NCBI GenBank assembly: GCA_030704615.1
Contig: CM060731.1
Span: forward strand, 7,936,001-8,000,000
Direction: 5' to 3'
DNA length: 64,000 nucleotides
Origin: Takakia lepidozioides
Taxonomy: Eukaryota > Plantae > Bryophyta
Below the pieces are notes generated by a model. That model saw only the letters and a list, made by a program, of their open reading frames with translations. It did no database searches and was not told the DNA's origin. Positions 25,261-37,300 of this stretch are shown here, piece by piece (position 1 is the first letter of the stretch; each line of letters begins with the position of its first letter). A program made the translations under genes and the position numbers.

Positions 25261-28200
25261 TCAATGATTTCTGGAATCCCTAAGGAGGAGTTTGTGCAGC
25301 TCATTCACGCTCAACGCCGGTGCATGAATAAAGTCATCAATAGTCACGTTCATCCTCAACCTCTTCAGGTAAATGTAATACAGATGCTTGCACGGATAAT
25401 ACTTCGAACCCTTCTTTGCTTCCATCAACGAGAAGTCCGTACAGTTGCAAGTCGGCTCCACTCCAATCGTAATTGTGTATACATCGTCGCGTACAGCCGA
25501 GCCGGCCGTTGCCATCCGATACACACGCCCAAGGCCGGGTGGGGGTACGTCCACGGAGCTCTGAATAGTGCAAGCCATCCCAAGAGCATTGGCAATCCGA
25601 GTCTCATTCAACTTGTTGGGAGGGTGTCGTCTCTTCACTCTTCCGAATCGCATTGTGGGATGTGCAGAATTGTCCAATCCGTCTCTACTGGACCGAGCAG
25701 TCTGCAATGGCTGGGTCTGAGGAACCGGAAATGCGTGGGCCGGGATGTCTGTGCGTTGCACCATTCGAAATCCTGCTGCAGATAGAGCATCCGCCTCATT
25801 CTGAGAGAGGCTGCAACCCGGTGCAACAGGCCAGACGCCCGGAGGCTCCGGCATTCCCTGAATCCCGTACTTGGGCTTGCCAAATATACAGGTCATTATG
25901 TCGTGCCTACAGAACCAAAATGTCTGCGTTGTGGCGTGAGCAAATGTGGGAGTCAAAAATATGCCGCTGAAACAAGGTGCAGGTACAGCACCGTGTGGGT
26001 TCCTCCGAATCATCTCACCACAGCGTGCTCTCGTATCCACCCGGATGGCGCAACACTTCCCTCGAAATGCCGGCAATGTCCTCGCAATTCTCCACTGTGA
26101 CTCCGACACTCTTGTCTCCACAATGGGAATGTTGTATTGCTTTACTACAGATGGCTCGTTATGTTGCCGGGGGACGCGCCCTGTGCTCAAAGGAGATTGC
26201 GATCTTGAACGTGCAGGACTTCCGGTGCTCGACAAGACCTCCTCGGACAACATCACCGGACCACGAGGGAGCGTGCGAATATTCTTGTCAGCTCGCCATG
26301 AATCCTCTTCTCCGCCAGGTGCCTCGTCAAGTCTTCGTCTCACGGGACGGGTATGAACATCTCCTTCCAAATGTTGGCCTCTTCGCAGCAATGGCGTGTC
26401 CCGAAGGCCCTCTCGCAAGGCCGCCGCCCACTTCCAAGGATTCTTCGATCTGGAGGCAGTCCGCATCAGCATTTCCTGCCTGTCCGGCCCCAAGCCCCAC
26501 TGTTTCCCTTTCAAGAACTCGTTGTACCTGCATTGCTGCATAATTGACCTCACAATGTCCTCCGTTGTGGCAGTGAGGATGTCCACCAGATGCGCCGCAG
26601 AGGAGGCACGCCAGGAAGAGTGCACTGATTCGGCCATGTTTGTCGTGGGCATGTCGGTGTCGGAGTCGAGACACATTTCCTGCACAAGCACATGTTGAGG
26701 TTACAAGCAAGTTACAAATATGGCCAAGAATAATATCCAACGGGACGCGAATTCGTGCAACTCACCTCCCGCATATAGTCGCCGAACTGGAGGAAACGAT
26801 AATGCCACCATGCTAGCCAACTGACCATTGCTCCTTCGTCTGATTTCCTTACAGCACCTGACGATGTCCACCAAGCCCGTATGCATGCAAACTGTGTCTC
26901 TGCATCATCCAAGGTGGGAGCGCGCTTCCACGCAAGGCACATGGAACGGTGCTCCTCTCTGAAATCTGGCGCCACGAGCCTGGTTGTGTACTGCGAAAGG
27001 CTCTGCAGAAAATGGAACCCACAAGATCTCTCCTTGCCTTCCATGGGAACATTGGGGTCTTGCCCGTACACCCTTCGGATGGCAGCCCAATTTGCTTGTG
27101 CGTTGTCCGCCATGAAACCACGGAAATTGGGAGGGGGCAATCCCGCCTTGGCCATCTGTTCGTTTATTCCCTGCCAAAGAAGCATCTCCGATTGTGTGTC
27201 CTCTCCTTTCATCTCACAAATAGCAATTGTCATTAGCATCTTGCAGTGGGTGTCGTAGACATGTGCACCCATTGTCACCCACTGGTGATTTGTAATTCGC
27301 TTGATATGGTCGAACATGACCCAACTGTTTGACAAGTTCCCACTCGTCATCCTGTCGACCAGTTCGACGCCACTGCCAGGTCCACACGTGGACATTTTGA
27401 ATACGAAACAACGATCTGCCTCAGTCCCTTGTCCTGGAAACCTACTTCCATGAATGTAGTCATATCCACATCGTCGCTTCACCTCCAGAATGGAGTGCAT
27501 ATCCGAGCCACGCCCAATTTTCTGTTTGCATGAGACAATGTGGTTTCGGACATTCGGTGAACATACGTGGGACACCGACTCCAGCAATGCCTCCATTTCC
27601 TTCTCCTCGAGAGGAACTCTATCGGAGCCGTCTTCCGACATAATTCTGGCCAATGCCATCTTATGGGCGGCTTGGAGCTGTATCTGTTTGGGTTTGGCAC
27701 CCGGTCTCAACTTAACCTCCTCCTGAACGAGCTGCTCTGCTTCGTGGGCAGCCTCCCGCGAGTTCCCCCTCGCCAATTTGTGACAATGGGAACCAACGTG
27801 TATGCAAGCTCGGGTGAGGTCAGGGAAACGGTGCAACACATAGAACTGCTTGGCATTACAAACAGACATGCAGTGTGGTGGTTCTTTGCAATGCGCACAC
27901 TTAAATGTGGAGTTCGGAACCTTCTCCTGAGCTCGAAATGGTTGGTGAGCTGTGCCTGTCCAATCGGTCTCGTTCCTGTGACCTCTGGATTTAAAGTGGA
28001 AGCAAGTTGGGGAGAAACACCGCAACACGCCCGCACAAACAACGTAGCGCACCCGCACACCATCAAGCATCTTCATGCTGGTGGTTTTGGTAACGCACCA
28101 AGGATGACCGTCATGTTTTCTATCCATATCTGTCAACATTCCGGACGCCCTCGAGTAGTCCGCCCAAGGAGGGAACTCAAAGAAGATATTACCGTCGACG

Positions 28201-28853
28201 TCAGCGGGAAGGCATGTAACCGATTTAATTGCGAACTTGCTGTAGTCCAGCCCGGCCAGCTCCGACCGGTGTCCCTCCAGGTGAAGCCCTCGCAGAATTT
28301 CTAGAATAGATCGAACTGCGGTGCTCGTGCTGGGAATATGACTCCCTCCTCCACTAACGTCCATTGAGGACTTGCCTGATCTCCAGGACGACCTCGGAAC
28401 TTCCATGACTTCGTCTGAGTCGGACAGGTTGTGAACAACCCGGTTCTCGGTCGTCTTCATGGATGGGTTCGGCGCTGGATTTACTTCGTTGCGGACTTCT
28501 CTCTTTGAGGTACCCACTCTCTGATTCGCGGATTGTTTCGTGGAAGGCGCCAGGATAGACGGTGCATTTGGCGGGCAAATGAAGTCCCCAACAGCCCTGT
28601 ATATGACGCTGTCCGATGGTGGAACTCGCCATTCCCTGCCATCGCCGAAATCATCGTGGAGCACAACAATACTCTCGACAACAAGGCCGTTTGAGTCCTT
28701 CCTTTCCTCCTCCAAAAAAACCGACCCCGGTTTCAGGTGGTATCGAACGCACAGATATTTCTCCATCACCCGGCAGGTGTCCCCTCTGCACGGAAATGAA
28801 GCTCTATGCTCGTGAGGAGGGCAGTACATTGTAGCGCTCGGGTTTTCCGCCAT
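25261..28853 (-). CDS. MULE/MuDR-type transposase, ~1168 aa, two exons (28853-26766 and 26679-25261); GCM/WRKY-like zinc domain, DDE domain and SWIM finger
   Basis: 86-bp phase-0 intron GAG|GTGAG...TGCAG|GAA. D in WVMFDH, D in FMADNAQA, CxxH in CGFH, E in TTNMAESVH. SWIM: CNC...PCKH. GCM-like: CAGVLRC...C...CAHC...C...GSHCH. Confidence 0.88.
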
Positions 28854-29149
28854 GGGAGATGTGCACACAAGACTGCCAGGATGGCGTGCGGGGAAGCTCC
28901 CTGGTAGAAGGGGGTGCAGCGATGGGAATGAATGCGATGCCGATTTGTCCGAGCGACGAAGCCTGATCCAAATCCAGGGAGCCAACTATCTCAAAAATCC
29001 ACAGTCAGAGTGTTAATGAACCTTGTCTCCGGACTGCGGCCCCTGGTCTTTGCGCAATAACTGCCAACGGTATGCAGTCAGAAAGTGGGGGGCCGTCCGG
29101 ATGATGACGGCTGAAGGGGAGAAGCCGGCACCGTGCCGTCACATTACTA

Positions 29150-31150
29150 CCACCGAATGGAAATTCGGCACCCAATATCCAACAGAGGAAGCCCGGATGA
29201 AGTCGCCTCGGGCGCAGAGGCCGGAGTGTGTGCGACAGAGAACATCCCCTGGATGGAGATTCGGCGCCGAATTTCCATCCGGGCCCCCCAAAGGGAGTCG
29301 TGTCGGGGGGTCAGGCCGAAAACTGGACGGCATAAAAACATCCCCAGATGGAAAAACGGCGCCGAATTTCCATCCGGGGCGGTTCGGATGCAGTCGGGGA
29401 GGGGGGAGTGGCCTACACTTGGCCGTCACATTTCAACCCCCGGACGGAAATTTGGCACCGAATATCGAACAGGGGACGCCCGGATGAAGTCGCCTCGGGC
29501 GCAGAGGCCGGCGAGTGTGCGACAGAGAACATCCCCTGGACGGAGATTCGGCGCCGAATTTCCATCCGGGCCCCCCCAAAGGAAGTCTTGTCGGGGGGTC
29601 AGACCGAAAACTGGCCGACATAAAAACTTCCACAGATGGGAAAACGGCGCCGAATTTCAATTCGGGGCCGTTCCAATGCAGTCGGGGAGAAGGGAGAGGT
29701 CGGCACCTGGCCGTCATATTTCAAACCCCGGGACGGAAATTCGGCACCGAATATCCAACAGAGCGGCAAAGAGGCGGCACCTCTCCGACAGAGACCATCC
29801 CCCGGATGGAAATTCGGCGCCGAATTTCCATCCAGCAGGTCAGTGGAATCCCGGATGGATGGAGATTCGGCGCCGAATTTCCATCAAGCACGTCAGCCGA
29901 ATCCCGCATAAATGGAAATTCGGCGCCGAATTTCCATCCAGCAGGTAAGTCGGATCGGTGCCGTATGGATATTTGGCGCCGAATTTCCATTCGCCATGTA
30001 TTTCTGAGCCAGGAATTACCTTCTTGCAGGTAATTCCCAGATGAGAATAACCTTCGTGCAGGTAATTCCCAGATGAGAATTACCTTCGTGCAGGTAATTC
30101 GGCGATGAGAATTACCTTCCTGCAGGTAATTCCATTCGATGTGAATTCCGCGTCCAGAATTACCTCCACGAAGGTAATTCTCATCGCCGAATTACCTGCA
30201 CGAAGGTAATTCCACGCTCAGAAATACATGGCGAATGGAAATTCGGCGCCGAATATCCATTTGGCACCGATTCGAATTACCTGCAGGATGGAAATTTGGC
30301 GCCGAATTTCCATTTATGCGGGATTCCACTTACCTGCTGGATGGAAATTCGGCGCCGAATTTCCATTCATCCGGGATTCGAATTACCTGCAGGAGGGAAA
30401 TTCGGCGCCGAATTACCTGCTTGAGGGAAATTTGGCGCACCGCCCTACCTGCGCGGATGGAAATTCGGCGCCGGATTTCCATCCGCGCGCTTCCGAATTA
30501 CCTGCGTGAGGGAAATTTCCTGCGCCGCCCTAACTCCGCGGATGGAAATTCGGCGCCGGATTTCCATCCGCGCGCTTCCGAATTACCTGCATGAGGGAAA
30601 TTTCCACCGCCGCCCTACCTTCGCGGATGGAAATTCGGCGCCGGATTTCCGTCCGCGCGCTTCCGAATTACCTGCGTGAGGGAAATTTCCGGCGCCGCCC
30701 TAACTCCGCGGATGGAAATTCGGCGCCGGATTTCCGTCCGCGCGCTTCCGAATTACCTGCGTGAGGGAAATTTCCGGCGCCGCCCTAACTCCGCGGATGG
30801 AAATTCGGCGCCGGATTTCCATCCGCGCGCTTCCGAATTACCTGCATGAGGGAAATTTCCACCGCCGCCCTACCTCCGCGGATGGAAATTCGGCGCCGGA
30901 TTTCCATCCGCGCTCTTCCGAATTACCTGCGTGAGGGAAATTTCCGGCGCCGCCCTAACTCCGCGGATGGAAATTCGGCGCCGGATTTCCATCCGCGCGC
31001 TTCCGAATTACCTGCGTGAGGGAAATTTCCAGCGCCGGCCTTCCTCCGCGGATGGAAATTCGGCGCCGGATATCCATCCTGTTGCGCTCCGAATTACCTG
31101 CAGGATGGAAATCCGGCGCCGGATTTCCATCCTGCAGCGCTCCGAATTAC
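29150..31150. repeat. Intergenic composite array: ~293-bp dimer, large inverted repeat and eight 85-bp units, all built on GGAAATTCGGCGCCGAATTTCC
   Basis: 85-bp period at 30456, 30541, 30626, 30711, 30796, 30881, 30966 and 31051; perfect 30-bp palindrome at 29804-29833. Confidence 0.92.
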
Positions 31151-31381
31151 CTCTACGTTGGAAATTCCGGGACTGTTTACGTCGATTTTCATCCGACATG
31201 GAGGGCTTCATCCGACATTTAATTGCGCAGTTGGGCAATAAATGTCGACGGCCGTCGGTTATTATTCGGGCTGGCGACGCATGGCTTCCTGGACACGTAC
31301 CCTAAATCTCATGCTAAACTTGGCTTAACATGGTATTCCAGGCATGTACCCCAAAAAAGGAGATCTTTTTGGCTGGGACTT

Positions 31382-34300
31382 ATGCCGCCTGAAGGGCGTG
31401 GCTCTCCTGAGAGAGACCTCACATCCAGACCGCGGCGGAAGTTGAAAGCTCTGTACTACGGACGACGGCCAATCTCTCGCATGGCCAAACTGAAGCTCCA
31501 GCAGGAGATTCCAGTGTCTTGCTCACAACCTGCGCCAACTGAAGCCGAGTACTCTCAGGCAAGCCACTTCTGCTTTCGGTTTGTTCGATTTATTTTTTGC
31601 TTTCGCTTTGTTTTTGCATCTTCATCCTGGCTTTGCTGTATGAGTGAACTTTAGATAGTTGAGTGAACCTTAGATTGTTTGCAATGCGTGTGCAAATCCG
31701 GCAGCTCTGGAGAAGGCTGCTTGTGCATGTCATTCTTAGGCAATGGTTGCATTTGTTTTCATTGTTGTTGCATGGCTCTCCATACTTCCTAAACTTGTTA
31801 TGTTTTCATTTTTGCTACATGATTGTTGCTATGGTGGTTGCGCTGCTCGTTGCGATGCTGTTTTTTGCACCGATGTTGGTTTTCACGATTTTTGTCAATG
31901 ACAGAGTGACGACGAGCCCGACACGCTGGTGGTATCATCGACAGCTCCAACTCATCGCATGTTTGAATCGCCCAACTTGGGGCGAGAGGGCAAACTTAAA
32001 CCTTTTGTTGGTGGACGGGAGGACTTGCAACGAGATTACGACAGAGTAGGCATTGGGGAGGTTGGTGCAGGCGGCATGGCAGGTGAAGGGCGTGAGGACA
32101 TGAGGACAGCAGATCCGGCAATGGAGGTTGTTCATGCACATGCAGTAGGGCCCGCCCACGCAAAGAAAAAGAAGAAAGCTAAGCACATGCAATCCCCGGC
32201 GAGAGAGCAGTCACGGGCTGCGGGGGGGGGGAGTGAGCAGTGCGCGCGAGGGTGTCAGTTCGCCTCAATCAAAGGTGGTCGTCCTGGAGGGCTCCCCTGC
32301 TGCTAGCCCTAGTAAGAAACAGAAAGCCCGTGAGAGGGCAAAAGAGAGGGCAAAAGAACAGACGAGACAGAATGCTAGCCAGGAGGAAAGACAAAAGGCA
32401 GCTGAAGAGGCCAGGGGTGCCCAAATGACAGATGCCAATGTAAGCGAGGGACCCACAGAGACGGTGGATCCCTACAAGACACCACAGAGAGGCAGTAGCA
32501 CACCGGTTAGACCATCGCGGGCAAGAGCAGCCCCCGCAATTACCCATACGGTGGAGAGTGGAGGAGAGGAAAGAACACCTGAAAGAGCACGGATTGTGCA
32601 AGTTCGAGGTGAAGCCAGGGAGAGGGCAGTAGAGACGACGAGAGTGCTGGAGGTGGTTTCGCAGGTGGCTGACCCTGTTGAGGAGGACGACATGGAGGTT
32701 TCTGACCAGGATGACATCCTCCCGGACATCCCCAGGCCCCAAACCCGGAGCATACAGGCTGGATTTGGCGGTCCTGGTGGGCTGCCGGAAAACCCCTCTG
32801 CAGCAGACGTCATGTCTGAGGCGGATATGAAGTTGGCCGCTGCCAAGATGTTGGAGGCAACCCACAGCAACATTGGCAGGGTGCTGGGGGGCATGGTGTA
32901 CCCGTACCCGCCAAGCTTCGAATTCCCCTTTGCCGCTTGGTGTCATTGCAGGTGGTGAGACCTGCCCTCCCAGGCGATATCGACAAGCTGAAATTCTCTT
33001 TCCGGGATGGATATCGAATGGGGTCTGCCGCCTTTTACGTTTCCATTGAGAACGACCACGGAGCTTCCCGTGCCCACACTTCCGATGAGGTGGACAAATG
33101 GGGTCCCCATTGGCAAACGCGAAATGAGGAGTTCGAGAGATCGATTGCTAGTGATCCTCTTTTCCAGCACATGTCCGGCAAGATGTTCTACGTGTGGGAC
33201 GGCAATCATCGCCTCCTGGCATGGATGGAGCACATTGCCCAAGCCCACCCCAACGATCTCGATTGGCATTTCGCCGTCGATTGTGTTGTGCTGAAGGTTG
33301 CGGGGCCCAAAGATCGCAGTCTTCTCAAAGCTGCAATGGCCGACATCAACTCGTAAGCTACAACCCCTCTCGCTTTTGGACTTTGAATTTGGAAGTCATT
33401 TCATTGCGAATCCTCATATATGATGAAAATTCCCATTTCAGTATTGTTTGATGGAAATGTGGCACTGCAGGGTGACTGAGAATGCCTTCATTGCCACCAA
33501 CTTGTCCCATATGCTCTTCCGAGTGAAGGATGTCGGGAAGCAGGGGGTGCAAGAGTTTGCCAATTCCCTCAGTGCCGACCTCCTGCGCAAGTCGGAGGCA
33601 AAGGCAGACAGAACCTGGTATAGGCTGAGCGTCGACGCCATGGTGGACTACATATTTCGGGTAAAGCTCCTGACAGTTTTGTTGAGCTAGTCTGTCTCTC
33701 CTCCCCCAATAGAAGAAATTGTGTTGAGCAGGATCTCTAATCTTATGTGCGCCTTTTCGACAGACGAAAATACAGCAGGATTTGGCACATGCGCGGAGGT
33801 TCTACATGGAGTCAGAGGAGAAGAATCCAACCCTCCCGGAACTCGAATCGTATGTCAAAGCTGCGGAGGTGAGGGCCCGCATAAAGTACAAGTCGCGGAT
33901 GGTAAAGTACGTGGCCATAGCTGATCCCGCCCTTGGTGCCGACTTTCTGGTGGAGGTGGGGAAGCACTACTCTCTCTCGCTCTTGAAGCCCACGATGACA
34001 TTGGAGAAGCTCCATCGTCTAGCCACATCCTGTGTGGATGCAACAGAAAAGGTGATACATTCTTAACCAAATTGTGGTGGCAACAACTCCTTTTTGTGGT
34101 GTTTGGCGCTTACGAATATGCTGGGTGGTTGGACAGACCCGGTGGCTCCAAATCTGGAATGGTTCCCAAAGTACCAGGGACATGTGGAGCTTCCCCAAAC
34201 CGGACAAACTCTCTGACCCCACATTCGACATGTGGATGAACCGCATGACATGGTGGTTTCAGGTACTTCCCCACGCTTCGTTTGGGCTTCTTACTCTAGT

Positions 34301-37300
34301 AGGGGGTGGATTCATTGTATTTTTTGAGGAAAGCGATCTGATGGACAATCTCCACAGGTGACGACGAATGCGCAAGAGCAGCTGGACACACAAGCACATC
34401 AGTTCAAGATGGAGATATCTCCTGCAGCAGAGAGCCTACGTGACTATGTGACGAGGTACTTTCTGCTCTACAAAACCAACCTATTCTTTCGGGAGATAGC
34501 AGATGCTCGCCGGAGCCACGAGTTCACCGACCAGCCGAACGCGGACAAAGCATCAATGCGCCTTCTGTACAGGTACATACGCGCTGCCTTTCTTTCAAGT
34601 CCTGGCATTTGAGGATGTTAGGGCCTCAAGTGGTTAGGGAAAATGGCGCCGAATTTCCAGTCAGGGCTCCGAAAATGGCTAAGTCCCTAGACTGGCTGGC
34701 CCGGAACTGGAAATTCGGCGCCATTTTCCAGTTCCAGGCCCTATTGCCGTTCAGGGACTTGGCCATTTTCGGCTAAGTCCCTAGACTGGCTGGCCCTGAA
34801 GTGGACATTCGGCGCCATATTCCAGTTTTAGGCCCTATTGCCGTTCAGGGACTTAGCCATTTTCGGCCTAAGTCCCTAGTGTGGCTGGCCCGGAACTGGA
34901 AATTCGGCGCCCGTTTTCCAGTTCTAGGCCCTATTGCCGTCCAGGGACTTAGCCATTTTCGGCCTAAGTCCCTAGACTGGCTGGCCCTGAACTGGAAATT
35001 CGGCGCCGTTTTCCAGTTCTAGGCCCTATTGCCGTCCAGGGACTTAGCCATTTTCGGGCTAAGTCCCTAGACTGGTTGGCCCTGAAGTGGAAATTCGGCG
35101 CCATTTTCCAATTGTAGGCCCTATTGCCGTCCAGGGACTTAGCCATTTTCGGCTAAGCCCTAGGGTGGCTGGCCCGGAACTGGAAATTCGGCGCCGTTTT
35201 CCAGTTCTAGGCCCTATTGCCGTCCAGGGACTTAGCCATTTTCGTGCTAAGTCCCTAGGGTGGCTGGCCCGGAACTGGAAATTCGGCGCCGTTTTCCAGT
35301 TCTAGGCCCTATTGCCGTCCAGGGACTTAGCCATTTTCGGGCTAAGTCCCTAGGGTGGCTGGCCCGGAACTGGAAATTCGGCGCCGTTTTCCAGTTCTAG
35401 GCCCTATTGCCGTCCAGGGACTTAGCCATTTTCGGCTAAGTCCCTAGACTGGCTGCCTCTGAACTGGAAATTCGGCGCCATTTTCCAGTTCCAGGCCGTA
35501 TTGCCGTTCAGGGACTTAGCCATTTTCGGGCTAAGTCCCTAGACTGGGTGGCCCTGAAGTGGAAATTCGGCGCCATATTCCAGTTGTAGGCCCTATTGCC
35601 GTTCAGGGACTTAGCCATTTTCGGACCTCATTGTGTTTTTCATGAATGCAGGTACTGTAAGTTCTCGCTTTTGGAGAAAGGTCATCTGTCTTTCGAGCCA
35701 CCATTCTTCCTGGCATGGAGGAACCCTGGGGCTGACTCCATGTACACTGACGATATTGTGAAGGAGTGGCATCTGGAACATTTGCGTGATTGCCCTTGGT
35801 ATGTGGACCTTCCGCCCGGCTCGCTCGACCCATCCGAGTTTCAATTGAAGCTGGATGCTGAATTCCGACGAAACCGGGCTCCGCTGCCTCCGTTGGGTGC
35901 AAAAGAGGCAAAAGCGCTTGCGAACTCCAGGAAAGCGGCAGAGCTTGCTCAGGCAGGAATTCAGGAGAAATTGCATGAGAAGAGTAAAGGTCAAAGGAAA
36001 AGGACAAGGAAACAGGTGACTGCAGTAACACCACAAAAAGAAGAAAACCATCGGGGCATCGGAGGAGGCGCAGGAGGCGACCCAAGAGAGTGACTCCGAC
36101 GCCGATTTTGTTCAAGGTCCTGCGACTGCTGTTGCTCCTACCCAGTCACCGGTCGTCCGGGTTCCCAAGTCAGTTCGGAGTGGGACTGGCTCTGCCAAGA
36201 AGTTGGCATTTGAGGGCGAGCCTACACGGCGGTATTCGGCGGTGACGTTTACGCACAGGCCAAAGCTAGAACCTCCAACCATCATCCAATGCGTCAATGA
36301 GAGCTTCCTTGACGCTCTCGCTGCCAGGGCGAGAAGGTGGCACACAACAAGTCTCTGGCGGAGCAGAAGGGGAAAGCCAAGAAGAGGGCTGCGGTACAGA
36401 GCCTAAAGAGCCTAAAGACACCCCTGGTTTTGAAGCCATGATGGAATTCTTCACGGCTGTGAGCACGAATTGCAAGAGCACTCGGGGGGGGGTTGAGGTG
36501 GAGAGAGCTTGCGACTGATTCTCCTCGACATTCCAGATGGGGAGCTGCTGGAGGGCCTGGATGGTGTGCCCACCTGGAACAGGTTTACTGAGGACTACTG
36601 GAAAGCCGGGTTTGGGCTGGCGGGGATGCTTCTGGATGACGGTGGATGTGTGGTTGTCCTTGCCACGAGAGGGAAGACCACAGAGAATGCGGTGGCAAGG
36701 TGGACACCGAAAAGTGTCACCCCGGTCCTCCTCAGAAAATGGTTCTGCATCAGTACGCAGGGGTTGCGAACAGAGGGCCAAAGTGTAAGTTATCAATCTA
36801 TTGCATTCACTTCATATTGTGGTGTATGTTAAGTAGACCCTGGAATTGATCCCTTCTTTGTTGGATGTGCAGACATTGGTGTTTGAGGCATATTGCTTTG
36901 TGAAGAGAGGGTCTACGTTCAAATTCCGCAACGACGGTCGTCTTGTTGATGCCGCTGTGGACCCTGTAACCTACGATGTCCTCTACAACTATGTGCCCCA
37001 CTCTAGTATGCCGAAGGACACAAAGACAGGCAAACCGTGGCGGTACAGCCGGACCCGGAGCCCTGCTTTCATCCAAACCCTCATGGAGACGTGCTCGGAT
37101 GTCCAAGGGCGGATTCTGGACCTCACATGCGGCACGGGTAAGCCTTCACGTGCTCAGTTTGTCCCCTGGCCCCATTGCAATTGCATGCCGCAAGCTATTA
37201 ACCCGCCCGCTTTGTTCCTCAGGTGCTTCAATGTGGGCAGGGACGTTGTCCGACAGGCATGTGTTCGCCTTCGAGCCAGATACTGCCCTCCACACAACTC

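Noticed and set aside
25219-28834. Plus-strand ORFs overlapping the transposase
   Set aside because: Antisense shadows of a GC-rich CDS with no motifs of their own.
30430-31150. CRISPR-like array of palindromic repeats (also 34640-35625)
   Set aside because: The intervening sequences are themselves repeated rather than unique spacers, there are no cas genes, and the context is a eukaryotic TE.
29023-31305. Many ORFs with MEIRRRISI / WKFGAEF / GNSAPNF repeats
   Set aside because: They are translations of the palindromic arrays in several frames on both strands, and the region is deleted in copy 4.
31663-32049. Hydrophobic 128-aa membrane-protein-like ORF (also 63083-63469)
   Set aside because: It lies mostly in the T-rich predicted intron 31559-31904 and starts at GTG; the hydrophobicity follows from base composition.
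36500-37300. Bacterial contamination or a restriction-modification locus
   Set aside because: The MTase-like motifs are interrupted by spliceosomal introns and lie inside a TIR/TSD-bounded element nested in plant-type retrotransposons.
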